Positions 18,855-29,570 of a DNA stretch of 64,000 bases are shown here, one piece after another. The DNA is from Candidatus Latescibacterota bacterium (GTDB lineage Bacteria; Latescibacterota; UBA2968; UBA8231). The translations under genes were made by a program, and so were the position numbers. How positions within the stretch are numbered: position 1 is the stretch's first letter; every line of letters begins with the position of its first letter. The stretch is from positions 992,001 to 1,056,000 of the forward strand of contig CBDCXV010000011.1 of assembly GCA_965223905.1 (NCBI GenBank), given 5' to 3'. A model generated the notes under the pieces. It was not told the DNA's origin. It saw only the letters and a list, made by a program, of their open reading frames with translations, and made no database searches.

Positions 18855-18898
18855 CCGCGGTTTTCAGATGCCCTCGCAAGGATGGATTTGTAAGGCAC
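18855..18898 (+). repeat. Diverged direct copy of the macrodomain gene 3' end
   Basis: gatgccctcgcaaggatggatttgtaaggcac (DALARMDL*) versus gatgcccttgcgaagatggggctgtaaggcac (DALAKMGL*) at 18685-18716. Confidence 0.75.
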
Positions 18899-18973
18899 CC
18901 CCTGCGTGACCGGCGGCGACTGCAAGGGCCCGGCGGGCAATCGAGCGTGAATTTCCCCCCTCGCTTTTTGCGC

Positions 18974-20638
18974 TCAGGAGCTGGCAGGGCGAACGCGGGG
19001 ACCGTTCAGAAATCTTCCCAGCCAGGAATAGCGGACCAGGAACTGGTAGGCCAGCAACAGAAGGCCGGTGACTGCTGAAATCACCAGGGCGAACTTCAGC
19101 GCCGAGGGAAGCGGCCAGTCCCGCACCGCCAACTGAGCGCCGATGATAAGCGGCACGTGCGTCACATACAGCCAGTACGACGAATCCGATACATAGCGAA
19201 TCGAACTGTTTTCGCGGGCGCAGAGTTTGCGGAACAAGCCGATGCAGGCGAAGGCCATGGTCCAGGGGTAGATCGCCTGCAGCGCCACCGCCGCGGTCCG
19301 GGCCATGGCCGGGCCGAACATCTCCTGGCGGAATCCGAATGCGCCCGTTGAGAATTCGAGCCCGAGCGGGAAGAGGATGAACAGCCCCGAGGGAAGCCCC
19401 AGCCACCACCATTTCCCCACCCTGCCGTCCTGGTCGTCGCAGTCGAAATACAAGGCGCCGAAAGCGAAAAAGAGGGCGTAGTAGAGCAATACGTGCGGCA
19501 TGGGCAGAAGGCCCAGGGAGGTATCCGGTCCGAAGCCGGGCACGACCAGTCCCATGAGCGACTGCGGGATCAAGGTCAGGGGGATCAACCAGAGAAAGCG
19601 GACGGGCGAAAGAACCAGCCACTCGGGGGGCCTTGCACATCGCAGCCAACCAGCGAGGCGGACGCAGAGCGCGAAGACGAGGACCAGCCACCAGAGGAAC
19701 CACAGGAACCACAAGTGATGAAACACCGGTGTTGCAAAAACCGGCGCTGCCATCGCTCTGCTAAACTTGAGCGCGGCCGGTTGCTCCTCTGCCTTGCCTG
19801 TCTTTTCCCCATCGTCGCCAGTGGATGATTGTTCGAGCAATCCGGCGATCCGGGCCCGGCCGGCCTCGACTTCCCCCTGGTCGATCTCGATCTGCAACAA
19901 GCCTGCCAGGTACCGGGTCAGTTCCCAGCCCGCCTCCAGGGCACCCCGGGGCGTATCGCCGTTGTGGTTCTTCGCCTCGGGATCCGCTCCGTGCTGAAGC
20001 AGCAATTCGGCTACTTCCGCACGTCCCAGGAAAGCGGCCGCGTGCAGGGGCGTTCCGCCATCCCGGCCGCGGCCGTTGACCGCGGCCCCGTTCCGCAGCA
20101 TCCAATCGACGGCTTCGACCCGGCCGGCCAGGGCCGCCCATACCAGGGGAGTCAGCCCGAATGCCGGGTCCAACCCGTCGATGTCGGCCCCGTCCTGGAG
20201 GTGCCGTCCCATGGCGGAGAGATCCCCGTTCCGGGCCGCGCTCCGGATACTGTCCACCTCGGCCCTGGCCGCCTTGGCTTCAACTGCAGATGCCATGGCC
20301 CAGCCGCTGATCCAGTTGAGCGCGGGAACGATGGTCACCAGCCCGAGCAGGAACGGCAGCAACACGCGGCGAAAGCGGTGAGAGAGCACTGATTTCAGAC
20401 CGCGGCGGCGCCAGAGCATGGCGGTGAAGAAGCCGCTCAGCACAAAGAACACCGGCATGCGGAAGCCGTGTATGGCAGCGAACAGCAGCCCGTAGATTCC
20501 GCTCTGCCGCTCGTCCTGCACCGGCCAGGGGAACAACGGGGCGAAGGACAACCCCGCGTGCAGCAGGATGCCGAGCAGCATGGCCGCGGCGCGCAGGGCG
20601 TCGAGGTCGTAGCGGCGAGGGTCGGGAGCGCTGGTCAT
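18974..20638 (-). CDS. Acyltransferase-3 (OpgC/MdoC-like) membrane protein with inserted ankyrin repeats
   Basis: DLDALRAAAMLLG, FRMPVFFVLSGFF, RFRRVLLPF, HLWFLWFL, SSYWLYVTH; ankyrin motifs GLTPLVWAA, GGTPLHAAA, GDTP. Confidence 0.88.
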   Translation of the reverse strand: MTSAPDPRRYDLDALRAAAMLLGILLHAGLSFAPLFPWPVQDERQSGIYGLLFAAIHGFRMPVFFVLSGFFTAMLWRRRGLKSVLSHRFRRVLLPFLLGLVTIVPALNWISGWAMASAVEAKAARAEVDSIRSAARNGDLSAMGRHLQDGADIDGLDPAFGLTPLVWAALAGRVEAVDWMLRNGAAVNGRGRDGGTPLHAAAFLGRAEVAELLLQHGADPEAKNHNGDTPRGALEAGWELTRYLAGLLQIEIDQGEVEAGRARIAGLLEQSSTGDDGEKTGKAEEQPAALKFSRAMAAPVFATPVFHHLWFLWFLWWLVLVFALCVRLAGWLRCARPPEWLVLSPVRFLWLIPLTLIPQSLMGLVVPGFGPDTSLGLLPMPHVLLYYALFFAFGALYFDCDDQDGRVGKWWWLGLPSGLFILFPLGLEFSTGAFGFRQEMFGPAMARTAAVALQAIYPWTMAFACIGLFRKLCARENSSIRYVSDSSYWLYVTHVPLIIGAQLAVRDWPLPSALKFALVISAVTGLLLLAYQFLVRYSWLGRFLNGPRVRPASS

Positions 20639-21511
20639 GAAGGATGGTCCGGGTGGAGCGGCGGTCCATTACGGCCTTGCGGCATTGTCGAGCGGTGGTG
20701 GCCGGCCACAAGGGGTAATGAAACAACTGCGTGGCTGGTACTGAAGTTTGGAGATGACCTGCCTCGCCACGAACAGGCCCTTTGAATGGCATTGTTTCAC
20801 GCCGGGCCAGGATCGTCCAAGAAATGGAATTCCCCAATAATCAGATTCCCCACCGCGCTGAGAACGTCAGTCGAAGATTTCTTGATAAAGGACAATATCG
20901 GTCAGGCCCAGGTCGGCGGGGCCGTCGTAGTGCAGGAGGAAATCCACGTCTTCTTCTTGGAGAAGAACGAACTGCAATCCGCGGGCACGATTGGCGGCGA
21001 AGGGGATCGACAACCACCAAGGCGGGTGCACCCCTTCCTGCATCGGACGCAGGTAGTCGGACCTTTTCACCGTTACCAAGTTCCCCTTGGCCAATTTGGA
21101 ATTGAACCAATCGGGAGTGGCAGAACCGGAGTACACGGCAATCCTGAATGGCACGGGGTTTCGCTCGAAAAAGGTTGCAAAGGCAGAAAAAGTTGGAGCG
21201 GTCAGGTTGAAACCGACCTGGTATTGGCCTGCAGGAAGACCAGAAAAACGAACGGCGGTTTTTAAGGGGCGCTCCTGCAGTTGGTACGCGAAGCGGTGAA
21301 TCTCGGCGGTTCTCGGTTCGGTCTTGGATGGCGTGAAAGTGGCTCGGATCCCATTCAACTCCAATTCACCATGTCCCGAATACTCGCTGTAGATTCGGTG
21401 AATTCCAGGCTTATTAATCCTGAATATGAACAATTGATTTCCATCGACCTCGCCGCCGATGAGCGGATGGCTGGTGCGGTTACCCCAAAAGGAGACGACT
21501 GGCAGCGTATA

Positions 21512-23061
21512 CCCTAACGTTGCATAAATCTGTTTGAAGGCGGTGGTTGTGATCAGGCGGCTTCCTTCAGGATTTCGAGGAAATGCAACAGATCTTTTTC
21601 AACTTTTGGATTGGAGTTCAGGGTCAGGGTCAACTCGCCCTTGGGCTGAGTGAGGCGCCCGGCGCGTTGAATGAAGCGATGACGCAGCGTGTCCAAGGTT
21701 TGGAAGGTCCACGCCGCCGGACGTTTGCCACGCGAATAGTTCGATCGCGGCTGCGCCAGCATCTGCATTTCGCGTCCCAGATTGTGGGCCATCATCGCAC
21801 ACAAAGTAACCATCTGGTTGCCGAGCAACCGTCGGGTGGGGATCAGATCCAGCCCGGCCTGTTGCTTGGCCTCGGCGAAGATCCCTTCCTGGGCGCCGCG
21901 GCCATAGTGGAAGAGGAGCACGCTGCGTGGCGAGTTCATCTTGTTGGTAACCACAACGCGGTACTCGTGATCGATGTGCCGGGGTTCGAACAGATCCAGT
22001 TGCAGCGCTTGCTTGGTCTGACGCGGCACCGCACGGCGCACAAACAGAAACCGGTAGCAGGCCGGCCAGCTTTCCGGTTTCCAGTCACTCTCGAAATAGG
22101 AGCAGTGCTCATCGAGGTAGCGCCAGCGCTGGCGCGCTTCGATCTGGTCCTTGAGTACGGGAAAGCGTTCGAAAGGGACACTGATCGTGCATCCGACGCC
22201 ATACAGGTCCATGAGAGTGAGCGTGTTTTGGCTGAAGAAGGCGCTGTCCAGTCGCGACTCGAGCACGGTGGGCGCCAAGGCGTCGCGCACGCGATCGAAG
22301 GCGTCCATCATGAACGCATGGGCGTCCTTGCTGTCATGGACGTTGCCGGGCCGGTGAAGGACATCCAGAAACTGTCCGGTTTGCGCCACCGTGCAGAACA
22401 GGTTGTAGTAGCTGCGCGCCCCCTTCTTTTTCGGATTATAGCCAACGGCGGTCCCTTCGGCATGACCACAGGTGGAGATCACCGAGCCGTCGAAGTCGAG
22501 AGTCAGACGGGGGAAGCGCTCACGCTGGAGCGCTTGCATGACCAGGGTCGAAGACAGGTGTCGCACTTTTGCGATACTTGAATGGCCCATTTTTGCCAGC
22601 GCGCGACTGAGGGTGGCCACATCCGGCAGGCGACGTAAGCCCAACAAACGCAGGACCACCGGATCGTCCCGGTAATAGTCCACGTCCCGCAGCCGCCGGA
22701 AGCCCAGCAACAGATGCACGATGAGCAACAACACAATGACATGGGGAGCAAAGGTCGCTGCGCTTTTGGCGGGGAAGCAGGACTTCAGTCGAGTCTTTAG
22801 ATGCAAGCGCCGAAAGAGCAGTTGAAAAACGATCACTCCCGCAAAGGAAGTAAGCCGTTGATCTTCGAAGCGAAGACGCGGGAGCTTGTGAAAACGGGCC
22901 AAAATGTCTTGTTTTCTGAACCTCACTTGCGGTGTCCTCCTGGAAGGGGTCGATACAGGTCATGGGTGACAGTATCAAATACCCCCTTTTTCAGAGGGCG
23001 CCGCAAGTGACAAGGTGCACTCCGGAGAAGAAAAAAGCCCTGTTTTTATGCAACCAGAGGG
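21512..23061 (-). mobile_element. IS1380-family insertion sequence (1550 bp)
   Basis: Terminal IRs ccctaacgttgcataaa (21512-21528) and tttatgcaaccagaggg (23045-23061); TATA target duplication at 21508-21511 and 23062-23065. Confidence 0.9.
21553..22926 (-). CDS. IS1380 family DDE transposase
   Basis: LTSFAG, TLDFDGS, RPGNVH, RLDSAF, YGRGAQE; 457 aa. Confidence 0.92.
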   Translation of the reverse strand: MRFRKQDILARFHKLPRLRFEDQRLTSFAGVIVFQLLFRRLHLKTRLKSCFPAKSAATFAPHVIVLLLIVHLLLGFRRLRDVDYYRDDPVVLRLLGLRRLPDVATLSRALAKMGHSSIAKVRHLSSTLVMQALQRERFPRLTLDFDGSVISTCGHAEGTAVGYNPKKKGARSYYNLFCTVAQTGQFLDVLHRPGNVHDSKDAHAFMMDAFDRVRDALAPTVLESRLDSAFFSQNTLTLMDLYGVGCTISVPFERFPVLKDQIEARQRWRYLDEHCSYFESDWKPESWPACYRFLFVRRAVPRQTKQALQLDLFEPRHIDHEYRVVVTNKMNSPRSVLLFHYGRGAQEGIFAEAKQQAGLDLIPTRRLLGNQMVTLCAMMAHNLGREMQMLAQPRSNYSRGKRPAAWTFQTLDTLRHRFIQRAGRLTQPKGELTLTLNSNPKVEKDLLHFLEILKEAA

Positions 23062-25503
23062 TATATCCATGCGTGAAGACAAAATGGCCCGAGACCTGCC
23101 CATCGGGAGGTCCGACACGCAGCCCAGGGAAAGTCAACTGGTAGATACCGAGAAGAGTGCCCACTATTCCCGGAACACGTGAGAAATTTACCATTCCGGC
23201 TGAAGTCGAACCGGGCAATGCGCGAAAGCTGCCATCCGGTTGGGCTTCCTCTGCAAGTGGCTGTAGCGATATTGGGAGATTGAATTTCCGCGAAGCCATT
23301 TCGGATGTCGTTTCCGTGGTTGACAGGGAGGCCATATAGGGCGACTGGCTCGAAGGTAGCCGGGCGGCCAGCGCGTCGCTCCGACTCCATAAAAAAGGCG
23401 CAAAAGCGACCGCAAGAATTAGCCCCCGGCGGATTATGCCCGACTTGACCAAGTCTGGACCATTGCGGAAAAACAGGGTCCCCAACAACAGCCCCCAGAA
23501 AGCGATGTCGAGTAGTGGCATCTCCTCCTGGTCCGGGAGGAAGAAATGCTGGTGGAGCGGATAGAAGTGGTTGATTGAACGGTTCAGCAGATTGCCACCG
23601 TTGTAACCGTTCTCGGGCAGCATCAAGGTATCGAGCACTCCTTCGATGCTGATGGCAAGGGGGAACGCCGAAAGGAAGGCGGTCGTCGCCGAGCGCTTCA
23701 CCAGCGTCAGACCCATGGCAAGCCCCAGGACCAGAACGGGCAGTGCCGTCATAAGGAAACGGGCGGGAAAGCAGAAGCCAAAGACCCAACCAGGGTGCAG
23801 GCCGTTGACGGCGGCGGTGACTGCATAGAAGCCGGCCGCCATGATCGCGCGACGATCGCGCAAACGCGCCAGGGACAGCAGGCCCAACAGCGCGAAAAGG
23901 TAAATCGGGGAACTGTTGAGAATTCCTTTCCTGACGTGCAGCCAATGGCCGGGAAGCGAAATGCTCCAGGTGGCGATATCGAGAGCGCCTTCCTTCCAGG
24001 CATTTCCTGGGCGGAACGGCCCCATCCAGTCGCCACTGAATGCGTAGTTGAAGGAGAACAGGGCATACAAGCCGCCTGCAGCGACCAAGCCGACCACGGA
24101 AAGGGCAAGATCCCTCCTGGGGCTGTGCCAAGCCTGCAGCAGGACCCCCGCGCCGCAGAGGAGGCCCAAAGGAGCAAGGCGCGGGTGCAGGAAGGGGAGG
24201 CAGCACAACAGCAGGGTCAGTAGCCCGAGCAGTGGCACCTCCCAGCGCCCCCAGGACCGGTACGAACCACCCGGCATCTGCCAGTGAGCGAGTGCAACCA
24301 ACGCGACCAGGGCGATCAGCAGAGCCGGGACTTCGGGGTAAAGCTGGTTGGTGTAGTACAAAAACGGCCCGGTAACCGCCATGATTCCGGTGGCCAGCAG
24401 TGCCGCCCAGAGCTCGACCCCAAGTCGCGTCAGGTAAAGAAAGGTCAGAGGGACGCACAGACTGGCCAGCAACGCCATGAACAGCGCCGCGGCCAGACGC
24501 GGGTTTTGCCATTTCTCCAAACCCCACCAGTAGGCAGGCACGAGGGCGACGGAGAGGCCGATGGGATGCACTGAGTGCACTTTGCCCTTTGGTGAGGCGG
24601 GGGCTTTGGGTACCGCGAAATGGGAGACATGGAATTCCCCGATCTGTTCGGCACCGAGGTTGTTGGCCAGATCCATGTCGCCGTCGTGTAGCAGGCTTTG
24701 GGTAACTCGCAGGTACTGGCCCTCGTCGCCATGGAGCATGGTGACTTGGCAGAAGTAGAGTGTGTAGAGGAAGTAAAGAGGCAGGCAGAAGGCCAGTAGC
24801 GCACCGGCTATAAGCGCGGTGCGAGGTGCTTTGTGCCCCTGGGTGGACGGCAGATGCACGTAGCCCATAAAGACAAGCGCCACAGCCCACAGCGCGTGCG
24901 GGGACCAGAGCAGAGTCAGGTAAGGGAAGACATAGACGACTGGATCGAGGAGAGAAACCAGACGTAACGCCAGCAGGACCACGACCAGCAGGGCAGCGCG
25001 ATGCAGGCGATCCTGGAGTTGCGGCCCGCCAGGGAAGAAGCGATAGCGCACCCATGACAGAACCAGCCCGACAATTCCAAGGGCCGCAGGGCCGAGGGGC
25101 CATTGCAAACGATATTCCCCTAGGGATACCGCCAGGTGCAGCTTGTCGGTGGCCGCGGCGATGAGGGGCTCGAATCCACTCAGAGCCAACCAGGCGCAGA
25201 AGACTCCAACCGCCATCCCCAAGTCGAGGAAAAAAGGCCTGGAGGAGGAGAGGACGATCCGGTAAACGGAGTTGAAAAAGTTTTTTTGTGACACTCAGAT
25301 AACTTCCGGTTTCAGCACGTAAGAACAGATCCAAATGCCCTCGGGGGGCGCATCGTGCCGCCCCTTGCGAACCATCAACGGAAGGGCTCGTTGGATAACG
25401 AAACGCAGGTCGGGCGCCCCCGCTTGAACCAGGCAAGGGCTGGGTCAGAGACGGGATACCCCTCCTTCAACTGATCCCGTGCACTCTTGGCTGCGGCCCC
25501 CCC

Positions 25504-28068
25504 TCAGTTCGAGGGAAAGGCCTCGCGATACCGCTCGAAAGCCGCCGCGGTCCCGCAGAGGTAGATCGCGTCCCCCTCGGCGAGCCGGAACGAGGGGGGG
25601 AACTCCATGACCACCTCGCCCCCCCGCTCGACGGCGACGACGGAGCAGCCGGTGCGCTCGCGGATCCGCGTCCGCGACAGCTCCTGCCCCGCCAGTTTCC
25701 CGACCTCCTTCCTGGTGAGCCGGATGCGGGGCTGGTGGAAGACGACCTCGCCGAGGACGTAGCGCGACAGCAACTGGGCGGAAACCTGGCTCACCGACAG
25801 GGCGAAGTCGGCCCCGGCCTGCTGGATGCGGCCGGCGTTCTCGACCAGCAGGGCGCTGGCGATGATCGGCACTTCCGGGGCGTGATCCCTGATCACCCTG
25901 GCCGCCAGCAGTGCGGCGCTGTCGCTGGCCGCGGTCAGCACCACGACCCTAGCCCCGGTTACGCCGGCGCGCTCGAGTACCCGGGTGTCGAGGACGTCGC
26001 CGACGATGGCGACCCCGGGGCCCTCGGTCTCGGCGATGACGCGCACCTCCTCGCCGGCATCTGTAAGCATCCCGACGAGGTTCTTGCCCACCTCCCCGGC
26101 GCCGGCGACGACGATGGGGCCTTCAGCGGCGATCGGCCGGCTGATCTCCCCGAGGCGGCGGATGCTGGCGGGACTCCCGGCGGCGACCAGGATGGTCCCC
26201 GGCTCGAGGGGGCGGTCGGAAGGAGGCGGTGTATCGAGTATGTCGCCTGCCCAGCGGCCGACGATATGGGCGCCGGTGCGGGTGTGGATCCCGGTCTCGG
26301 ACAGGGTCCTGTTGGCGAGAGGGCCTCCTTCGGGCACCCGCATCTCGGCGATCTCGAGCAATCCCTCAAGCGGCTGGGCACCGGTTACGCGCGGGCTGAT
26401 CCTGCTGCTGGCCCGCACCGCCAGGGCTCCGGCCAGCAGGTGCGTCGGTGTGAACGCCGCGGTCGCCCCGGCCAGCTGCATGGCGGCGCGCCGGTTGGGA
26501 TTGTCGATCAGGGCCACCAGCGGACCGGAGAAGCCGTGCTCGCGCGCCCCCGCGGCAAGCAGGGCGTTGAGCTCGTCCTGTCCGTTGGCGATCACGGCCC
26601 GCGCCAGGGCGAGGGGCTCGAAGTCGAGGGCCTCCTCGGCCAGCGAGGTGTACACGACCTGTTGCCCCCGCGCCTGCAGCCGCCTCGCCTCCTCCTCGTC
26701 CTCCTCGATGACGACGACCGGCTGATCCCGGCTCGCCAGCTCCCCCATCAGGGTGTCGACCTCGGGGCCGTACCCGTAGATGACCACCGCGTCCGGTTCG
26801 GCGGGAAGCGCCGAGGGAAGCCTGCCCCCGGAGAGCTCGGCGACGAGCGGCGAACCGAACTTGTCGATCTGCACCACCCCGCGGGTGGCGTCCTTCTGGC
26901 GGGCCGCTTTCCCTTCGAGCAGCACAGCGCACCCCTTGAGCGCCAGCGGCGTGAACAGGTTCATCAGGAAGGCGGCGAAGATCAGGGCGGAGAAGACGGA
27001 CTGGTCGATGGCGCCCTGGGCAAGCGCCAGGGAAGCGAGGATGAAGGCCACCTCGGCGCGGCCGCACATGCCCACCCCGACGGTGAACGCCTCGCGCGCC
27101 GGAATCCCCATGCGCAGGGCCATGGCGCCGGCGCTGAGGATCTGTCCGGCGATCACGGCGACCGTGAGCAGGACCATGAAACCGACCGAGGAGGCGCTGA
27201 TGTCGAAGGTGACCGAGAACCCCAGGGAGATGAAGAAGATCGGCCCGAGGAAGGAGTAGGCGATTCCGTAGGCGCGGTCCTTGACCACCTTGACGAGGTT
27301 GGGATGGGCGACCTTCTCCTCGAAGAACAGGCCGGCGAGGTAGGCGCCGAGGATCATGTGCAGGCCGATCGCCTCGGCGAAGAGGCCGGCGGCGATGGCC
27401 GTCAGCAGCACGAAGGTGAACCCCTTGCCCCCCTCGGAGCGGAACGGCAGCGACAGGCGCGGGTAGAGGAAGCGGCCGACCAGCACCGAGACGGCGAAGA
27501 ACCCGGTCACCTTGCCGGCGGTGAGGGCGATGGCGGCCGGCTCGAACCCCCCGCCCGACAGCAGGCCGAGGACGAGGCTGAAGAGCACCAGGGTCAGCAG
27601 GTCGTTGATTACGCAGCTGGCGAGGATGAGGCGGGCGACCCGGGTGTTGTCCAGCCGGAGGTCCTTGAGGCACTTGAGGGTGACGACGACCGCAGTCGCC
27701 GTGCCGATGGTCAGCCCGACGAAGGTGGCGCCGACGAGGTCGAGGCCGAACAGGAGCGCCACCCCGAAGCTGATCGCGAACGGCACCGCGGCCCCGGCCA
27801 GGGCGATCCCGAGGGAGCGCTTGAGGGCGTCGAAGAACTGCACCGGCTGGGTCTCGACGCCGGCGTGGAACATCAGGAAGAAGATGCCGATCTCGGCGAG
27901 CAGCTCGATCGCATGGCCGGGGGCGATCAGCCCGAGGACCGCGGGCCCCACCAGCACCCCGACGATCAGCTCACCCATCACCGTCGGCAGTCCGAGAGGG
28001 CGCAGGGTGACGGCGACGAGCCAGATGCCGGCGAGCAGGATCAGCAGATCGAGGGCGATCTCATGCAT
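25504..28068 (-). CDS. Cation:proton antiporter (Kef/CPA2) with tandem TrkA-N/TrkA-C (RCK) domains
   Basis: GELIVGVLVGP, IFFLMFHAGVE, GAYLAG, PIFFISLG; GYGPEV and GAGEVG NAD-binding motifs. Confidence 0.88.
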   Translation of the reverse strand: MHEIALDLLILLAGIWLVAVTLRPLGLPTVMGELIVGVLVGPAVLGLIAPGHAIELLAEIGIFFLMFHAGVETQPVQFFDALKRSLGIALAGAAVPFAISFGVALLFGLDLVGATFVGLTIGTATAVVVTLKCLKDLRLDNTRVARLILASCVINDLLTLVLFSLVLGLLSGGGFEPAAIALTAGKVTGFFAVSVLVGRFLYPRLSLPFRSEGGKGFTFVLLTAIAAGLFAEAIGLHMILGAYLAGLFFEEKVAHPNLVKVVKDRAYGIAYSFLGPIFFISLGFSVTFDISASSVGFMVLLTVAVIAGQILSAGAMALRMGIPAREAFTVGVGMCGRAEVAFILASLALAQGAIDQSVFSALIFAAFLMNLFTPLALKGCAVLLEGKAARQKDATRGVVQIDKFGSPLVAELSGGRLPSALPAEPDAVVIYGYGPEVDTLMGELASRDQPVVVIEEDEEEARRLQARGQQVVYTSLAEEALDFEPLALARAVIANGQDELNALLAAGAREHGFSGPLVALIDNPNRRAAMQLAGATAAFTPTHLLAGALAVRASSRISPRVTGAQPLEGLLEIAEMRVPEGGPLANRTLSETGIHTRTGAHIVGRWAGDILDTPPPSDRPLEPGTILVAAGSPASIRRLGEISRPIAAEGPIVVAGAGEVGKNLVGMLTDAGEEVRVIAETEGPGVAIVGDVLDTRVLERAGVTGARVVVLTAASDSAALLAARVIRDHAPEVPIIASALLVENAGRIQQAGADFALSVSQVSAQLLSRYVLGEVVFHQPRIRLTRKEVGKLAGQELSRTRIRERTGCSVVAVERGGEVVMEFPPSFRLAEGDAIYLCGTAAAFERYREAFPSN

Positions 28069-28096
28069 GGCGTTTCAGCCGCTGTGGGCGCCGGCG

Positions 28097-29554
28097 TCAC
28101 GGGACCGGTTGGTGGCCGCTGATCTCCGCTATGCGGGCGGTGATGGCGCCGGTCAGCAGCTCGAGGCAGCCGGGGGCCAGGCAGGAGGGCTCCTCCTGGT
28201 ACAACCCCAGGCCGTAGCGGTCCTCCGGAAGCAGGTAGGCCAGCTGGGGATCCCCGGCGACAGGAGAAAGAAGCAGCACGAGACCGGGAAAACGGCGGCG
28301 CAGCTCCCGCGTCAGTTCGTTGTACGGTTCCCCGGAGCAGGTGATCCAGACGGCGTCGCCGAGGCGGAAGACCGAGTACCGGTACGGAAACGACGCACCC
28401 TCCGGCAGGTCGGCCAGGCGCCCCAGCCAGCGGCGGCAGCGCTCCGCCCTGGCCCTGGCGTCGCGCGCCGCGGCGGCGTCGCCGGCGGCCTCCGCCTCTT
28501 TCTGCTCTGCAGTGTGGCGCTCGAGATCGAGGCGCAGCCGTTCCTTGTCGGGCAGCTGCCGGTAGGGCAGATCCACGGTAAACGCACCCCCCGCCCACTG
28601 TGAGACAGCGGCGGTGCGGCTGCCGGCGAACGGGGTCCAGGCCCAGGTCCCGAGGGTGGCGCCGGATTCAACCGGACCCCGGTAGGTGAAGTCGCAACGC
28701 GCCGGACCGAGCGACCAGTACGCCGACAGGGCCGCGTGCCCCAGTTGCCTGCCGTTGCGATCGGCGGTTCCGGTATCCCCCGTGAACCCGTCCCGGGGCC
28801 CGAGCTCGCCGCAGGCGCCCTGGAAGAACACGCACGGCGCCCCGGTTCCGGCTTCGAAGACTTCCCGCATCGCCCCGGCGAAGTCGGGGCTCAGAAGGCT
28901 GTTCTCCCACGCCAGCGTGGTGGGATGACAGGCGTAGTGGACGATGCCGAGCCGCTGCCTTCCCGCCTCGTCCTCGACGCGGGCCACGAGCACCGTGTCG
29001 TCGGCGGGACCGTCGGGGTTGTACCCGGTGACGTAGATCTGCCGTTCCCCGTCGCGGTAGTCGCGGTTCGCGGCCATGTCGCAGCGGCCCGCGGCGTAGG
29101 AGATGGTGGCGGGCCGCAGATCGTCGAGAGCCTGCCGCGTCAGCTCCTCGACCCGAGCCTTGAGCGAGTCGAGGTAGGGCGCGATCAGCTCGCCGCCGGG
29201 CAGCGGCATGCGATCCGGCAGGAAGAAGCCGGCCGCATGCGAGTGCGAGTGCGTCACCAGCACGCGGTCCGGCTCGATACCGGCGACCGAGGCGATGCTC
29301 TCGATCAGTACGCGGGACTGGGCGTTGCCGAGCAGTACCAGGTCGAGCTGCAGGCGCGCCAGGCCGTGGCCGTCCCCTTCGGGCGGCTGCAGGACCATCA
29401 TGTCGGCAACCAGGGGGCGGTGCACGCCCGAGGCTCGGTCGTGCCGGGCCGCCCCCCACATGCGGTGGTATATCCCGATGGGTGGCGTTACGTCGGCGCG
29501 GGCGTACCCCAGCCGTAGAATCGACGTGGGGGTGCGCACAATCCGGGTCGACAT
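28097..29554 (-). CDS. Neutral/alkaline ceramidase-like amidohydrolase
   Basis: ATG at 29554; GYARADVTPP, VTHSHSHA, HYACHPT, FFQGACGE. Confidence 0.65.
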   Translation of the reverse strand: MSTRIVRTPTSILRLGYARADVTPPIGIYHRMWGAARHDRASGVHRPLVADMMVLQPPEGDGHGLARLQLDLVLLGNAQSRVLIESIASVAGIEPDRVLVTHSHSHAAGFFLPDRMPLPGGELIAPYLDSLKARVEELTRQALDDLRPATISYAAGRCDMAANRDYRDGERQIYVTGYNPDGPADDTVLVARVEDEAGRQRLGIVHYACHPTTLAWENSLLSPDFAGAMREVFEAGTGAPCVFFQGACGELGPRDGFTGDTGTADRNGRQLGHAALSAYWSLGPARCDFTYRGPVESGATLGTWAWTPFAGSRTAAVSQWAGGAFTVDLPYRQLPDKERLRLDLERHTAEQKEAEAAGDAAAARDARARAERCRRWLGRLADLPEGASFPYRYSVFRLGDAVWITCSGEPYNELTRELRRRFPGLVLLLSPVAGDPQLAYLLPEDRYGLGLYQEEPSCLAPGCLELLTGAITARIAEISGHQPVP

Positions 29555-29570
29555 CTCGTCTCGGTCTCCC

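Larger units (their letters stand above)
20867..25294 (-). pseudogene. GT-C-like polytopic membrane protein (about 957 aa) interrupted by IS1380
   Basis: Many TM helices and a GDEGQY acidic motif. Removing 21512-23061 plus one TATA restores the frame HGYT|LPVVSFWGN...FIFRINKP into ORF 20867-21433. Confidence 0.8.
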
